The notes beneath the pieces are model-generated. The model was not told the DNA's origin and did no database searches. It worked only from the letters and a program-made list of their open reading frames with translations. A stretch of DNA of 64,000 nucleotides. Origin: Octopus sinensis. Lineage: Eukaryota. The DNA lies in the NCBI RefSeq assembly GCF_006345805.1, contig NC_043006.1, forward strand, positions 38,812,001 to 38,876,000, given 5' to 3'. The position numbers were made by a program, and so were the translations under genes. Shown one piece after another: positions 25,950-39,462 of this stretch; the stretch's first letter is position 1, and every line of letters starts with the position of its first letter.

Positions 25950-26170
25950 TTCTTTTATTCTTTTACTTGCTTCAGTCATGTGACTGTGGCTATGCTGGAG
26001 CACCACCTTTAGTCGAGCAAATCAACTCCAGGACTTATTCTTTGTAAGCCTAGTACTTATTCTATTAGTCTCTTTTTGCTGAACTGCTAAGTTATGGGGA
26101 CGTAAACACACCAGCATTGGTTGTCAAGTGATGTTGGGAGGACAAACACAGACACAAACATATAACACAC

Positions 26171-26227
<57 letters not shown>

Positions 26228-26300
26228 CATACATATATATATATGCAATAGGCTTCTTTTAGTTTCCATCAACCAAATCCACTCACAAGGCTTTAGTTGG
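25950..26300 (-). mobile_element. SINE family A
   Basis: Reverse-complement tail and core. Confidence 0.8.
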
Positions 26301-26309
26301 CCCAAGGCA

Positions 26310-26540
26310 TAAGTCCAGCAAGGTTTTCTTATGGAAGATCTGCAGCTGCTCATGCATACCTGCCTCCCCTCTCCATGCCATCGATGTTATCCAAGGCCGA
26401 TACAGCTTGGCACCAGTGATGTAGCAACCCATGTCTTCAGCTGAGTGAACTAGCGTAACGTGAAATAAAGATTCTTGCTCAAGAACACAACACACAGCCT
26501 GATCCGGGAAACAAGCTTACTACCTCATGCTTGTGATCTC
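26310..26540 (-). mobile_element. SINE family C
   Basis: Reverse complement of the 584-910 body. Confidence 0.7.
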
Positions 26541-27679
26541 TAGAACATGGTGAATATCTGTAACAGCTATTACATTGAGCAGACAAAATTCTTTATTATT
26601 CATACTTGGTAGCACCAATATCCAAAAATTCCAAGTCAATCAACAAAAGTAAGTTTCGATATGATCTGGAAAACCACAATTGAGGTCAATTGTGATTTTC
26701 ATATTGCTTCATTTTTCTCTAACCCTCTTTATGCAGCTTTCATTCTTTTCCATTCATAGAACTATTTATTGATCACTGTATATATTTTTATTATATTGAT
26801 ATTTTCATATATTCTACTCACACATATTTTAATCATTGTTATATTCTACATATTAATTCCTTGCTTTCCAATATTTGTTTGTTACTAATGGTTCTTCTAT
26901 TCATGCCATTGTCGCAAAATAAAGAATTATTATTTTTGTGACATTACTGTTATTGGTTGGAATTCAATTTTGTTCAGTAGTAAATAGGTCTTAAAAGAAT
27001 TAGTCAAAAAAAAAATAGAAGAAAAAATATATTAATTAAAGAATATAAAACAAAATTAAATAAATATTTGGAAGAAAATGATTTGGAAATTTGAATTGCA
27101 TAAATAATGTTTAACTTTAGGGGATGTTTGCACAATTGACTACAGAAACAAATATTTGTTGCATGGAATCAAAGAAATTGGGTTGGTTTAAGTGCTGTGA
27201 TGGTGAAATATTGGATAAATGTGTCAAAACACTGAGAAACACATATTGTGGAGAAAGAAAAATCCTCGTTCAAGATTGTTTCGTGTCTGGTTCCATATGT
27301 CAGTGAGAGAACGGTTCTGTATTGTTTTACATTTTGTCTTTTTCAGTCTGTAGGCTGTGGCCATGCTGGAGCATGAGCCAGCAAGAATTTTTGTTGAACA
27401 AATCTATCGCAGTATTTATATTTTTGTAACGCCTGATACTTATTTTTATTTTATCAGTCTGTTTTGCTGAACCACTAAGTTACAGTAATAAGGCACTAAA
27501 AGAGAATGACCTTCCCCAGACACAATAATATACATATATTGTTATTAATCCAAACAGGTGGAGGAATTGAGGAAATTAAGTTGAAAATGTACAGAGAATA
27601 TATTAGAAATAAGAAGAATTTAATAATATTTTAAAATATAAGAATACACTTTACCAGTTTCACAGATTTTCAAAAGTGT

Positions 27680-27842
27680 ATAGGTGCAGGAGTGGCTGTG
27701 TGGTAAGAAGCTTGCTTACCAGCCTCATGGTTCCAGGTTCAATCCCACTGTGTGGCACCATGGGCAAGTGTCTTCTACTATAGTCTCAGGCCAACCAAAG
27801 CCTTGTGAGTGGATTTGGTAGATGGAAACTGAAAGAAACTCG

Positions 27843-27891
<49 letters not shown>

Positions 27892-28120
27892 TGTATATGT
27901 ATATGTTTGTGTGTCTGTATTTGTCCCCCAACATCGCTTGACAACCAATGCTGGTGTGTTTATGTCTCCGTAATTTAGTGATTTGGCAAAAGAGACCAAT
28001 AGAATAAGTATTAGGCTTACAAAGAATAAGTTCTGGTGTTGATTTTCTTGACTAAAAGCGGTGCTCCAGCATGACCGCAGTCAAGTGATTGAAATGAATA
28101 AAAGAATAAAAGAATACATG
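27680..28120 (+). mobile_element. SINE family A (full length)
   Basis: GGTGCAGGAGTGGCTGTGTGGTAAGAAGC head through (AAAAGAAT)n tail. Confidence 0.85.
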
Positions 28121-28249
28121 GAGCTATGCTGTAAATTATATGTATTCTGGCCATTGTTGCAGTCTGAGAGTGTGACTGTTTCTGTTTAGACAGACAGACA
28201 GACAGACTCACACACACAGACACACACACACACACCATCGTCATCATCC

Positions 28250-28595
28250 GCATCATCATCCTTGTTTAACATCTGCTTTCCATTCTGGCATGGGTTGGAC
28301 AGTATGACTTAGAACTGGCATGTTGGGAATCTGCACTAGGCTCCAATCTGATTTCTATAGCTGGGTGCACTTCCTTAATGCCTACCACTCCACAAAAGCA
28401 GTGAGTGTTTTTTACATGCCACCAGCACAGGTGCCAGTTAAGCAGCTCTGGCATCAGCCATACTCGAATGGCGCTTTTTACATCCCACCAGCATGGGTAC
28501 CAGCTAGGCGGCTCTGGCATCGGCCACACTGGAATACTGCTTTTTATGTGCCACCAGCATGTGTGCCAGGCAGGTGATACTGGCATCAGCCACGC
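28250..28595 (-). mobile_element. RTE LINE 3' end
   Basis: (CAT)n tail and RTE UTR motifs in reverse complement. Confidence 0.7.
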
Positions 28596-28646
28596 CTACA
28601 AACTCATTTGGCTTGATAGGTCCTTCTCAATTACAGAAATATCAAA

Positions 28647-28830
28647 TTGTTGGATCAGGGGATGAAAGTCGCAGAGAGGATCATAACCCAACTAATTAGG
28701 AGGAGAGCTAGTCAAGATGAGATACAGTCTGGGTTTGTACCAGGGAGAAGCACCACTGATGCTATATTTCTGGTAAGACAGCTGCAGCAGAAATACCTAG
28801 CCAAAGATAAACCTCTGTACTTGGCTTTGA
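28647..28830 (+). pseudogene. RTE-clade reverse transcriptase fragment
   Basis: LDQGMKVAERII...QSGFVPGRSTTDAIFLVRQLQQKYLAKDKPLYLA matches RTE RT motifs 2-3. Confidence 0.9.
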
Positions 28831-29899
28831 TAGGGAAACCTGATCCCTTATCTGGTGGTTAATACACATATATATGATGGGTCTTTTTTACAGATCTATT
28901 CACAAGGTTTTAGCTGGCATAGTGCTATAAAAGAAGACATTTGCCCAAGGCAACATGCAGCAATATTGAACCCAGAACCATGTGGCTGGGAAGTAAATTT
29001 CTTACGACACAGCCACTCCTGAACTTATACGTCTTCCTTCATACGTACTCTACTACCTTAAAGAGGAAAGGAGACTTAGGACAATGTAGCACTAGATACA
29101 CTATGCCTGGAAAAGAACTTCAAAACGAAGCTAGATGATCATAGATGGAGCAATTTTGATTAAGAATTGCATAAACAAAGTTTGACCACCATCAACAGCA
29201 AAACCCATTTCTAGCAAAAGAAAATGGTAAAACGATAATATCTATAACGTGTATTATTTTTGTTTTTAACGTTGATGGTTGTGGCAGTATTGTTACTGAT
29301 GATGATGATAACGATGATTGTTGTTGTTGCTGTTGTTGTTGGTTCTGGCCAAAATGTATAAGAAAACAAAGCTGAAATGATATAAAAATACTCTCCTGGA
29401 GCTGTGGAAATATTCAATACTTAATATATGAATTAGATCAATACTTCATTTAAGATTGGTGCCCTAGCCTAGGGCTTTCGTTTACTGCACAAAAGCTTGG
29501 GTTCTGCAATGAAACACACATACATACATACACCTACACGCATACAACTACACACACGTATGTGTATTCGCGAACCTGATTATGCACGTATGTAAGTGCA
29601 CAAACGAGTGCAAGTATGCGAACAAAGTAGAAATAATAAAAACACAAAGTTTTTTTGTTCGTTTGCTTTTACTCCCCCGCCCCAACCCACAGTCCATTTC
29701 CAGAGACTGATATATGTTTATTATTAGTGATATAAATAAGATTCGAGTAACTGCAGTTCAAATTGCTTCCTGGCCTGCCTCTAAGAATAAGTGGATGGCG
29801 GGGGTGGAACGCATTTAATGCAAACCTACATTTCTGTGTTGAAATTTATACAGATTTCTCTGTGTTTAATATGTGGCTCCATTATATGGCACAGTGTCC

Positions 29900-30310
29900 A
29901 TTATATGTACATGCACGACAAATGCACAGACACACACATATGCACACACATGCATACATACATACATGTATGCACACAGACACATACATACACACAAATG
30001 CACATACACATATGCAAAAACACATGCACACACATGCACATACATACACATATACACATATATGCACACATGCATGCATACAAACACATATGCACACACA
30101 TACATATGCATACATGTATGCACACATATACACATATGCACACATACACACATATATGCAAACACACACAAATACACTGACACATATATGCACACACACA
30201 TGCACACATACATAGACATATGCACAGACACATGTACCTGCACACACACAGACACACACATTCATACATACACACACATATACACACACATACACATACA
30301 CACACATCTT
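29900..30310. repeat. (AC/AT/GCAT) compound microsatellite
   Basis: Direct inspection. Confidence 0.9.
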
Positions 30311-30754
30311 TTATCTTCTACTTTTCACTTGTTCCCATCATTAGACTGTGGTCATACTGGGGCACTGAATTGAAGAATTTTAGTCGAACGAATTGATTCC
30401 AGTTCTTATCATTCTCTTGTGAAGCCTGGCACTTATTCTATCATTCTCTTTTGCTGAACTGCTAAGTTATAGGAACATAAACACACCAACACCAGTTCTC
30501 AAGTGGTGGTAGTGGGAGACAAACATAAAAACACCAACCCATCGATACATACATGAATTTATATACGATGGGCTTCTTTTAGTTTCCATCTACCAGATAC
30601 ACTCACAAGGATTTGGTTGGCCTGAGGCTCTAGTACAGTGGCTCCCAACCTTTTCACTACCAAGGATCCCCTTTTATTTAAATGAGTTTTCTCATCTCAT
30701 GGACCCTTTTAAATATACTTATCCTTATGTATATATGCATATATATATATATAT

Positions 30755-31040
30755 AGACCTTTGGCATTATGTTGTGCTTGAGAAGAAGACCCATCAAGCC
30801 AAGAAAAATTACAGCTGTGTCAGATACTGGTGTCACACAAATGGCACCTGTGCCAGTGGCACATACAAACACCGGTTACACTCTCAGAGTGGTTGATGTT
30901 AGGAAGGGCATCCAGCCATAGAAAGCCGTGCCAAATCAGACTGGATCCTGGCACAGCCTTCCAGCATGCCAGTCCAGTCAAACCATCCAACCCATACCAG
31001 CATAGACAATGGATGTTAAATAATAATGATGATGATGATT
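30755..31040 (+). mobile_element. RTE LINE 3' end including the ORF2 terminus
   Basis: DLWHYVVLEKKT then UTR with AGGAAGGGCATCCAGC and (GAT)n. Confidence 0.8.
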
Positions 31041-31130
31041 ATACAATAATTCCTCGTCTATCGCAGGTGTTTCATTCCCAAACTCCCCATGATAGCTGAA
31101 AATCCGTGATGTAGAAACAGTACTGTATAC
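31041..31130. mobile_element. Tigger/pogo-like MITE end fragment
   Basis: TACAATAATTCCTCGTCTATCGCAGG...GAAAATCCGTGATGTAG resembles Tigger termini; only one end visible. Confidence 0.4.
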
Positions 31131-31844
31131 AGTTCTATATTTAAGAGATGAGGAATAAAAGAATATCTAAATTGCAAGAATGGAACAGGTAAAATGCAGG
31201 ATAAATGTTTCTAAGCTGAATCACTGACGTAAGTGTTATGCAACACAACTGTCCATATTTTGTTCTCTATACCTGTAAGCTCGAAGCTTACAAAATCGCT
31301 ACACTCAGATCCCTAGTTTGTACTCCTATATATCATCATCATCAACATCATCATTTAACATCCATCTTCCATGCATGTATGGGCAGGATGGTTCACAGGA
31401 GCTGGCCAGGTAGAAAAACTACCATTTGCGACCCTATCTGTTTTGGCAGGGTTTATATGGCTGGATGCCCTTCCTAACACCAACCACTCATGTGATCGAC
31501 CAGACTATAAGACCTTGTTTTACATCACTGGTCACAATGTATTTTGCATTGTTTTAATCCTTCAAATGAAATCACACTGCTAACTAGACAAGCAGGCTAA
31601 CATTCCCTGACTTATTGAAAGGGAAAGTGGAGCAACATGCAATGATGTGTTTTGCTTGAGAACACAACGTGTTACCTGGCCTAGGAATTGAAACCACAAT
31701 CTAGTGATCATCAGTGCAACACTCTAACCATGAAGCCACATTTCTGGCAGAGAATTGAATTTGTTTATGATATCTGGTGTCAGTAAAAGAAGGTGGTAGG
31801 AGACTGATAAAGCTATAAAGGTCTTGGTCTTAGAATTCGTGTGA

Positions 31845-32250
31845 CATTGGTGTGGTAAGAAGCTTGCTTCATAACCACATAGTTCTGGGTTCAGTCCCAC
31901 TGCATAGCACCTTGGGCAAGTCTTCAACTATGGCGTCAGGCTGACCAAAGCCTTGTCAGTGGATTTGGTACAAGGAAACTGAAAGAAGCCCATTATATGT
32001 GCATGCGTGTGTGTGTGTGTGAGTGTATCTATGTGTGTATGTGTCTTTCTGCTTGTGTTTGTCCCCCTCCTCACCTCCTGACAACCTGTGTTGGTGCGTT
32101 TACATCACCATAACTTAGTGGTTTAGCAAAGGAGATTGAGATAATAAATACCAGACTTAAAAAAAGAAGTACTAAGGTCGAATCATTTTGACTAAATATT
32201 CTTCAAGGTGGTGCCCCAGCATGGCCACAGTCTAAAGCCTGAAAGCAGCA
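31845..32250 (+). mobile_element. SINE family A
   Basis: Core GCACCTTGGGCAAGTCTTC; tail GGTGGTGCCCCAGCATGGCCACAG. Confidence 0.8.
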
Positions 32251-32364
32251 AAAGGTAAAAAGATGATGAATTGGTGATAAGATATGATAAGAACTGTTCA
32301 ATGTCCTCCATCAGGTAGCCATCTTCCCATCCACAACACATCCAGGGTATATTTAGCCAAGTTT

Positions 32365-32578
32365 AAGGCAGCGAGCTGGCAGAATTGTGAACATGCTGGG
32401 CAAAATGCTTAGCGGTATTTCGTCTATCTTTATGTTCTGAGTTCAAATTCCGCCGAGGTCAACTTTGTCTTTCATCCTATTGGGGTCAATAAATTATATA
32501 TCAGTTGCATACTGGGGTTAATCGAATCGACTGGACCCCTCCCCCAAAATTTTGGGCCTTGTGCCTAGGGAAGAAAAA
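32365..32578 (+). mobile_element. SINE family B with 17-bp TSD
   Basis: TATATTTAGCCAAGTTT at 32348-32364 and 32579-32595; A and B boxes visible. Confidence 0.9.
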
Positions 32579-32711
32579 TATATTTAGCCAAGTTTGATGA
32601 CTGCCAACAACAAAAACAACTCTAGAGAAATTAATTTGTTCGGAGAGAAAAAAAATGAAAAATTTTTTAAATTATAAAATATAAGAAAAAATATCTAAAG
32701 ACAGCAAATAA

Positions 32712-32761
<50 letters not shown>

Positions 32762-32766
32762 ATATG

Positions 32767-32826
<60 letters not shown>

Positions 32827-32831
<5 letters not shown>

Positions 32832-33224
32832 GTGTCTGTGTAAATATATATATATATATGTGTGTATATAATGTAAAACTTTAAACTTCTGGAAGTTGGT
32901 CAAAGAATAATGAATTACATAATTCAGTTAGATATGATGCAGTTTGGGGATTTGCTGGCGCCATGAATTTGGCAAGTCTATTGAAATGATGTTCTTGGAA
33001 TTTCCTTTTTCTTATTAACAAGTCAAGGAAGTGAAAATTTGACAGGTGTCTTTGAAGCAACAAGAAACTCTAATGTGTGAATGTGTGTGTGTGTGTGGTA
33101 TATTGATGAGAATTTCAATCTCTAATCTTCATATATGTTGATATAGTTATGCATTTGAATATATTTCAGATTTGCACACACACACATGTTTGTATATGTG
33201 TGTGTGTGGTGTGTGTGTATGTAT

Positions 33225-33267
<43 letters not shown>

Positions 33268-33480
33268 ATGTATGAATATATACATATATATATGTGTGTA
33301 TGTATATATACATATATGTGTGTATGTATATATGTATATATACATTATATATATATATATATGTATATATATGTGTGTGTATGTATATAAACATATATAT
33401 ATGTATATATATATGTGTGTGTGTATGTGTGTATATATACATATAAACATATATATGTATATTATATATGTGTGTATATG

Positions 33481-33545
<65 letters not shown>

Positions 33546-33941
33546 GTGTCTGTGTAAATATATATATATATATGTGTGTATATAATGTAAAACTTTAAAC
33601 TTCTGGAAGTTGGTCAAAGAATAATGAATTACATAATTCAGTTAGATATGATGCAGTTTGGGGATTTGCTGGCGCCATGAATTTGGCAAGTCTATTGAAA
33701 TGATGTTCTTGGAATTTCCTTTTTCTTATTAACAAGTCAAGGAAGTGAAAATTTGACAGGTGTCTTTGAAGCAACAAGAAACTCTAATGTGTGAATGTGT
33801 GTGTGTGTGTGGTATATTGATGAGAATTTCAATCTCTAATCTTCATATATGTTGATATAGTTATGCATTTGAATATATTTCAGATTTGCACACACACACA
33901 TGTTTGTATATGTGTGGTGTGTGTGTGTGTGTGTATGTATG

Positions 33942-33977
<36 letters not shown>

Positions 33978-34250
33978 GTATGTGTATGTATGAATATATA
34001 CATATATATATGTGTGTATGTATATATACATATATGTGTGTATGTATATATGTATATATACATTTATATATATATATATATGTATATATATGTGTGTGTA
34101 TGTATATAAACATATATATATGTATATATATATGTGTGTGTGTATGTGTGTATATATACATATAAACATATATATGTATATATATATATGTGTGTGTGTG
34201 TATGTATGTATATATACATATATACATATATATATATGATCATATATATC
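32827..34250. repeat. Tandem duplication, 714-bp period, with an identical unique core between microsatellites
   Basis: Identical ORF-track entries 32881-33063 and 33595-33777. Confidence 0.9.
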
Positions 34251-35061
34251 AGTATATGAATATACATCTGTCTCTCTCGCCCACTTTCTCTTTCCTTCTC
34301 TCTCAGTTTCTGTATGTATGTGTGTGCGCGTGTGTGTGTGTATGTGTGTCTATATATGTGTGTGTAAGTATGAATATGTTCATTTGTATAGAAGAGAATA
34401 TTTGAGTTATATGTTCAATGAAGCTTTTCCTTCTTTAGTATACGGGCATATTTGCATGTGTGTATGTGCGTGTGTACAAGAGACAATGAGATAAAGAGAA
34501 AGAGAGAGAGAGAAAGAGAATGTGCAAGATGGTATTTGTGTGTATGCACATGTATGCATGGAATACTTTTGTTTAAATGTGTTACGCCCTACATGCATGA
34601 ATCGGTGTCTCTCTCATTAAGTCTGCATGGCATGTCCATGCATGTATTTAAACACAAGTTTGCAAATTTTATATCAATCTATTTGTAAGTTTATGTTTGC
34701 ACAGCTGTACATATACATACATGTAGGTGTATATATATATATATATATATACTCATATATATGTTCATCATCTTCGTCGTCATTGTTGTGGTCATTTTCC
34801 TTTTACATCTGTTTCCCTTCCTGGTATGGGTTGGACAGTTTGGCCAGAGCTGGCATACCAGAAAGCTGCACCGGGCTCCAGGCTGTTTTGGCTAAGCTAC
34901 TATAGCTGGATGCCCTTCCCAATACTGACCACTTTGCAAAATGTGCTGGATGCTTTTAGCATGGAACCAGCACAGCACTCTTGCTTGCCAATCCTCTTCA
35001 CCTGCACGGAGGGAACCTAGACACTTCTGCCGTGGAATGCTCATATATACACACATATCTA

Positions 35062-35093
<32 letters not shown>

Positions 35094-35100
35094 TCGTCTG

Positions 35101-35250
35101 AACCCTAAAATTAGGTCTCTTGTGAGCCCTAAGTCTGGACTTTTGTGAACCCTAAAATTAGGTCTCTTGTGAGCCCTAAGTCTGGACTTTTGTGAACCCT
35201 AAAATTAGGTCTCTTGTGAGCCCTGAGACTCATAAGAATGGAGCTTGACA
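35101..35250. repeat. 47-bp tandem repeat (about 2.6 units) plus a 26-bp unique end
   Basis: AACCCTAAAATTAGGTCTCTTGTGAGCCCTAAGTCTGGACTTTTGTG at 35101, 35148 and 35195. Confidence 0.95.
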
Positions 35251-35489
35251 TGGCTTTCATGTCATAAAAGTGACTCAGATTGCAACACTCCACATGAACA
35301 GAATGTTGGTCAGTCGCAGGTTTAACTTCTTGGCTTTTGTTGGACCTCATTTACAGCTGAGTGGACTGGAGCAACATGAAAGGAAGTGGTTTGTGCCAGA
35401 ACATCATGGACTACTCAGTTTGGGAATTGAAACCATGATTTTATGATCATGAGTGCAACACCCTAACCACTAGGCCACAGATCATAATC

Positions 35490-35790
35490 ATCATCATCAT
35501 CATCATTTAATGTCGGTTGTCCATGCTGGCATGAGTTGGATGGTTTGATTGGGCTGGCATGCTGGAAGGCTCCGTCAGACTCTAGTCGTATTTGGCATGG
35601 TTTTCTATGGATGGATGCCTTTCCTAATGCCAACCACTCCGAGAGTGTAATGGGTGTTTTTATGCGCAATGTGCATGACACCAGTATCTGCCAGAACTGC
35701 AATTTTGCTCAGCTTGATGGGCCTTCTTCTCAAGCACAACATAATGTCAATGGTCTTGGCTGTTGCCTCTGTGAGGCCCAATGCTCGGTG
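35490..35790 (-). mobile_element. RTE LINE 3' end
   Basis: (CAT)n tail, GGATGCCTTTCCTAATGCCAACC and the ORF2 terminus. Confidence 0.75.
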
Positions 35791-36001
35791 GTTAAATCAA
35801 TATAAAGCTGATAAGGATAGTGCTTTGTAATAGGCTTTGTTACATAACAGATAACAATTTCTTTTGGGTGGTGGTGGTACCATGCAAAAAGTGCCCACTG
35901 GACTCTGTGAAGTGATTGATATTAGGAAAGGCATCCAGTTACAGATACCATGACAAAACAGACAATTGGAACCTGGTGTGCCTTCCAGCCTTACCAACTC
36001 T

Positions 36002-36376
36002 TGTCAAGCTCCATTCTTTATGAGTCTCAGGGCTCACAAGAGACCTAATTTTAGGATTTACAAGAGTCGAGTCTTAGGGCTGACAAGAGACCTAATTTTA
36101 GGGTTTAAAAGAGTCCAGTCTTAGGGACTCACAAGAGACCTAATTTTAGGATTTACAAGAGTCCAGTCTTAGGGCTCACAAGAGACCTAATTTTAGGGTT
36201 TACAAGAGTCCAGTCTTAGGGTTCAAAAGAGACCTAATTATAGGATTTAGAAGAGTCCAGTCTTAGGGATCACAAGAGACCTAATTTTAGGGTTTAGAAG
36301 AGTCCAGTGTTAGGGTTCAAAAGAGACCTAATTTTAGGGTTTATAAGAGTCCAGACTTAGGGCTCACGAGAGACTT
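36002..36376. repeat. Inverted array of the same 47-bp unit (about 7.4 units)
   Basis: AGGGCTCACAAGAGACCTAATTTTAGGGTTTACAAGAGTCCAGTCTT at 36029, 36076, 36123, 36171, 36218, 36265, 36312 and 36359. Confidence 0.95.
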
Positions 36377-36681
36377 AATGCATGCATGGAAAACAACGGA
36401 CGTATGATGATGATGATGTGGGATGAGAAAGGAACTGGAATAGTGTTTATGCAAAGAGAGTAAATACAAAAACAAACAAACAAACAAATAAGATAAAATA
36501 AAAAAGAGAAAAAAAGCAGAATTGTTTGAGAAATGCTTTGATAAATGGTAAAAGCAAAATCAGTGATTAAAAGAATGGCTTGCGAAAGAATGGAAATCAG
36601 AGATGACAGAACTGATGTAGCGGGAGATGACAGTGACTTTGTAGTCAGTGGTGGCCATGGCAGTAGTGGCAACAGTGTCTG

Positions 36682-36714
<33 letters not shown>

Positions 36715-37074
36715 AATCATCTTATTTCCATTTGTTTCCTCATGTTTGTATAAGATAGACAGCTCTCAGCGTGTTCGATCAGTTTCTACAGTACAGACTG
36801 GATGTATACAAGCATGTCACCAGCATTACAAGCGGTTGTCATGCCAGCGACATGGTCAACTACTTGTGCCCATACTGTAAGAATTGATGTGACACTTTGA
36901 GACCTGTCTGTCCCCATACAAACATAGGAGGGAAATGAATGGATGGTTGATGATGATGATGACAATGACAATGTAGATGGTGATGATGATAAGAAAGAGA
37001 AGTAGCAGCAGTAGCAGTAGTAGTAGTAGTAGTTGGTGGAGGCGGAGGATAGCAATAATCCTTTCTACTATAGA

Positions 37075-37545
37075 CACAATGCCTGAAATTTTGGGGAAGG
37101 GAGCCAGTGGATTAGATCGATCTCAATAAGCAACTGGTACTTAATTTATCGGCCTGGAAGGGATGAAAGGCAAAGTTAACCTCAGCAGCATTAATGACCC
37201 AGAAAGGATGAAAGGCAAAGTCGACCTCAGCAGAATTTGAACTGAGAATGTAAAGACGGATGAAATACCTTTAAGCATTTTGCCCAGTGTGCTAACCATT
37301 CTGCTAGCTCGCCGCCTTTCAACATTCTTTTCTACTCTGGGCACAAGGCCCGATATTTTGGGGGAGGGGGGGCCCAGTCAATTAGATAGACCTCAGCACG
37401 CAACTGGTACTTAATTTATTGACTTGGAAAGGATGAAAGGCAAAGTCAACCTCAGCAGAATTTGAACTCAGAACATAGAGGCAAGCAAAATACCGTTAAG
37501 CATTTCGCCCGGCGTGCTAACAATTCTGCCAGCTCACTGCCTCGA
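37075..37545 (-). mobile_element. Cluster of family B SINE copies (partial and full)
   Basis: GGATGAAAGGCAAAGT central domain occurs three times. Confidence 0.8.
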
Positions 37546-37645
37546 GGATAACAGTGATGGAGATACTGAGTCTGCTACCACTGCAGCCAGACTGCATTGG
37601 AACTGCTGCCATAGATTTTCATTTTTCTACAAGTAACTGTAATCA

Positions 37646-37962
37646 ATGGAGGTGCAATGGCCCAGTAGTTAGGGCAGCGGACTTGCAGTCGAAGAATCAT
37701 GATTTCGATTTCAGGACTGGGCGTTGTGTGTTTATTGAGCAAAATCACCTAAAGCTCCACGAGGCTCTGGCAGGGGGGTGGGTGGCGACCCCTGTTGTAT
37801 TCTTTCGCCCCGACATTCTTTCACTCTTTCTTCCTGTTTCTTGAGTAATGCTGTGATGGATTGGCATCCCATCCAGCTGGGGGGAACACATACGCCACGG
37901 AAACCGGGAAACCGGGCCCATGAACTTGGCTAGGCTTGAAAAGGGCGCATAAATAAAAAAAT
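37646..37962 (+). mobile_element. tRNA-derived SINE, family D
   Basis: TGGCCCAGTAGTTAGGGCAGCGGAC A-box, GATTTCGATTTC B-box-like, A-rich end; same head on the minus strand at about 58030-58230. Confidence 0.75.
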
Positions 37963-38766
37963 TGTAATCAATGAATTTCATTTGCACTATTTTCTGCCAC
38001 GTTCTATAATAATATTTCTAAAAAAAGTTTTTGTCAGCAACAAAACCTGAAGTGTCTTTTCTATCCTTTATTGGTTCATTTATTCATGTTTTCTTCCTTT
38101 GGGAGTTACTATTCTCTTAGGCAGGTTGCCTGTAATGTCGGTCATGGATTCCATATCATTTGAGCTTGTTCTTTCCTTTCGCAGCCTGGTTTTAATACTT
38201 GTGTGTGGGTGTGTTAAGGATGGAGTGTGATGAAATGGCATTCAGGAAATGGGAAATTGTGATGTTTATGCAGCTCCAAACCTGAGGTCGTTATCTTGCA
38301 GTTGGATTGCCAAATGTCAATCAAATCTGGGTTATCATGGAATGCAAAGTTTTTTTTGAGCTACATTTAACCTTCCATATTTTATAGAAATCTCCCACAA
38401 ACTGGCAAACCAGAATTATCGATTTGATTGGTCAGCATTCACCAAGAATATTTATCATTCACTTGACAAATATTTATTCAGTAGAATGCCACATGAAAGA
38501 AAGAAAAACGGCAAAACAAAAATAAATTAAAAGAAAAAAAAGAAAACATACTATAAGAAAGAGAATAAAAAAAAGAAGTTATTACAGAAATATATTTCAT
38601 TTGCTTACAGTCTGTGCAAAACAAAGATATTTTTTTAATATATATTCTTCACCTATCACAATTATTTTTTTTATATATATTTATATTTCTTACGATATAT
38701 TTTATTTTATTCTTGTACTGAATTATTTTCAATTTTTTATATTTTTCGATAAATCTGGGAATCTAA

Positions 38767-38825
<59 letters not shown>

Positions 38826-39219
38826 ATATGATGATAATATAAAGCAAAGGTCATATTAAGAAAAGAAAAAAGAACAAGGCGTAAAGACTATTTCCTTTTT
38901 CAACAAATCTGAATTTAAGCAAGTGGGTCTGTATTGTAAAAGAATCTTAACAGATTATAAAACAGTAATCAGACTTCCAGATGAGAGAGAGAAATGGTAA
39001 TTGGAGTCTGGCATAGAATAAAACTGTAGGAAATATCTTTAATGGGAAGAAATCAACTGTGTATTTATTTTGTGCTGTCTGTTAAGTTGAGATTCTTCTT
39101 TATGCAAGAACACCTCTTTAAGATTTTTTTTTTGTTTATTTAGTTTGGTGGTTTATAATCCAATTAGACTCTCCACCAGCATCAGCACCAGCATCATTAT
39201 TCATTTAAATCTTTCTATC

Positions 39220-39394
39220 TGTGTATACACTACTATACACATGTACAGACACATACATACATACATACATACATACATACATACACACATGTGAAGACAT
39301 ACATATATGTACATACATATATATATACATATACACTTACACAAATACACATATACATTATATATATATATACACATAGACATACATACATACG

Positions 39395-39462
<68 letters not shown>

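Noticed and set aside
27124-27306. Cys-rich 60-aa plus-strand ORF
   Set aside because: No recognisable Cys spacing, signal peptide or donor site; it is on the opposite strand to the supported exon.
36029-36376. CRISPR-like regular array
   Set aside because: The units are contiguous with no unique spacers, the context is eukaryotic and there are no cas genes.
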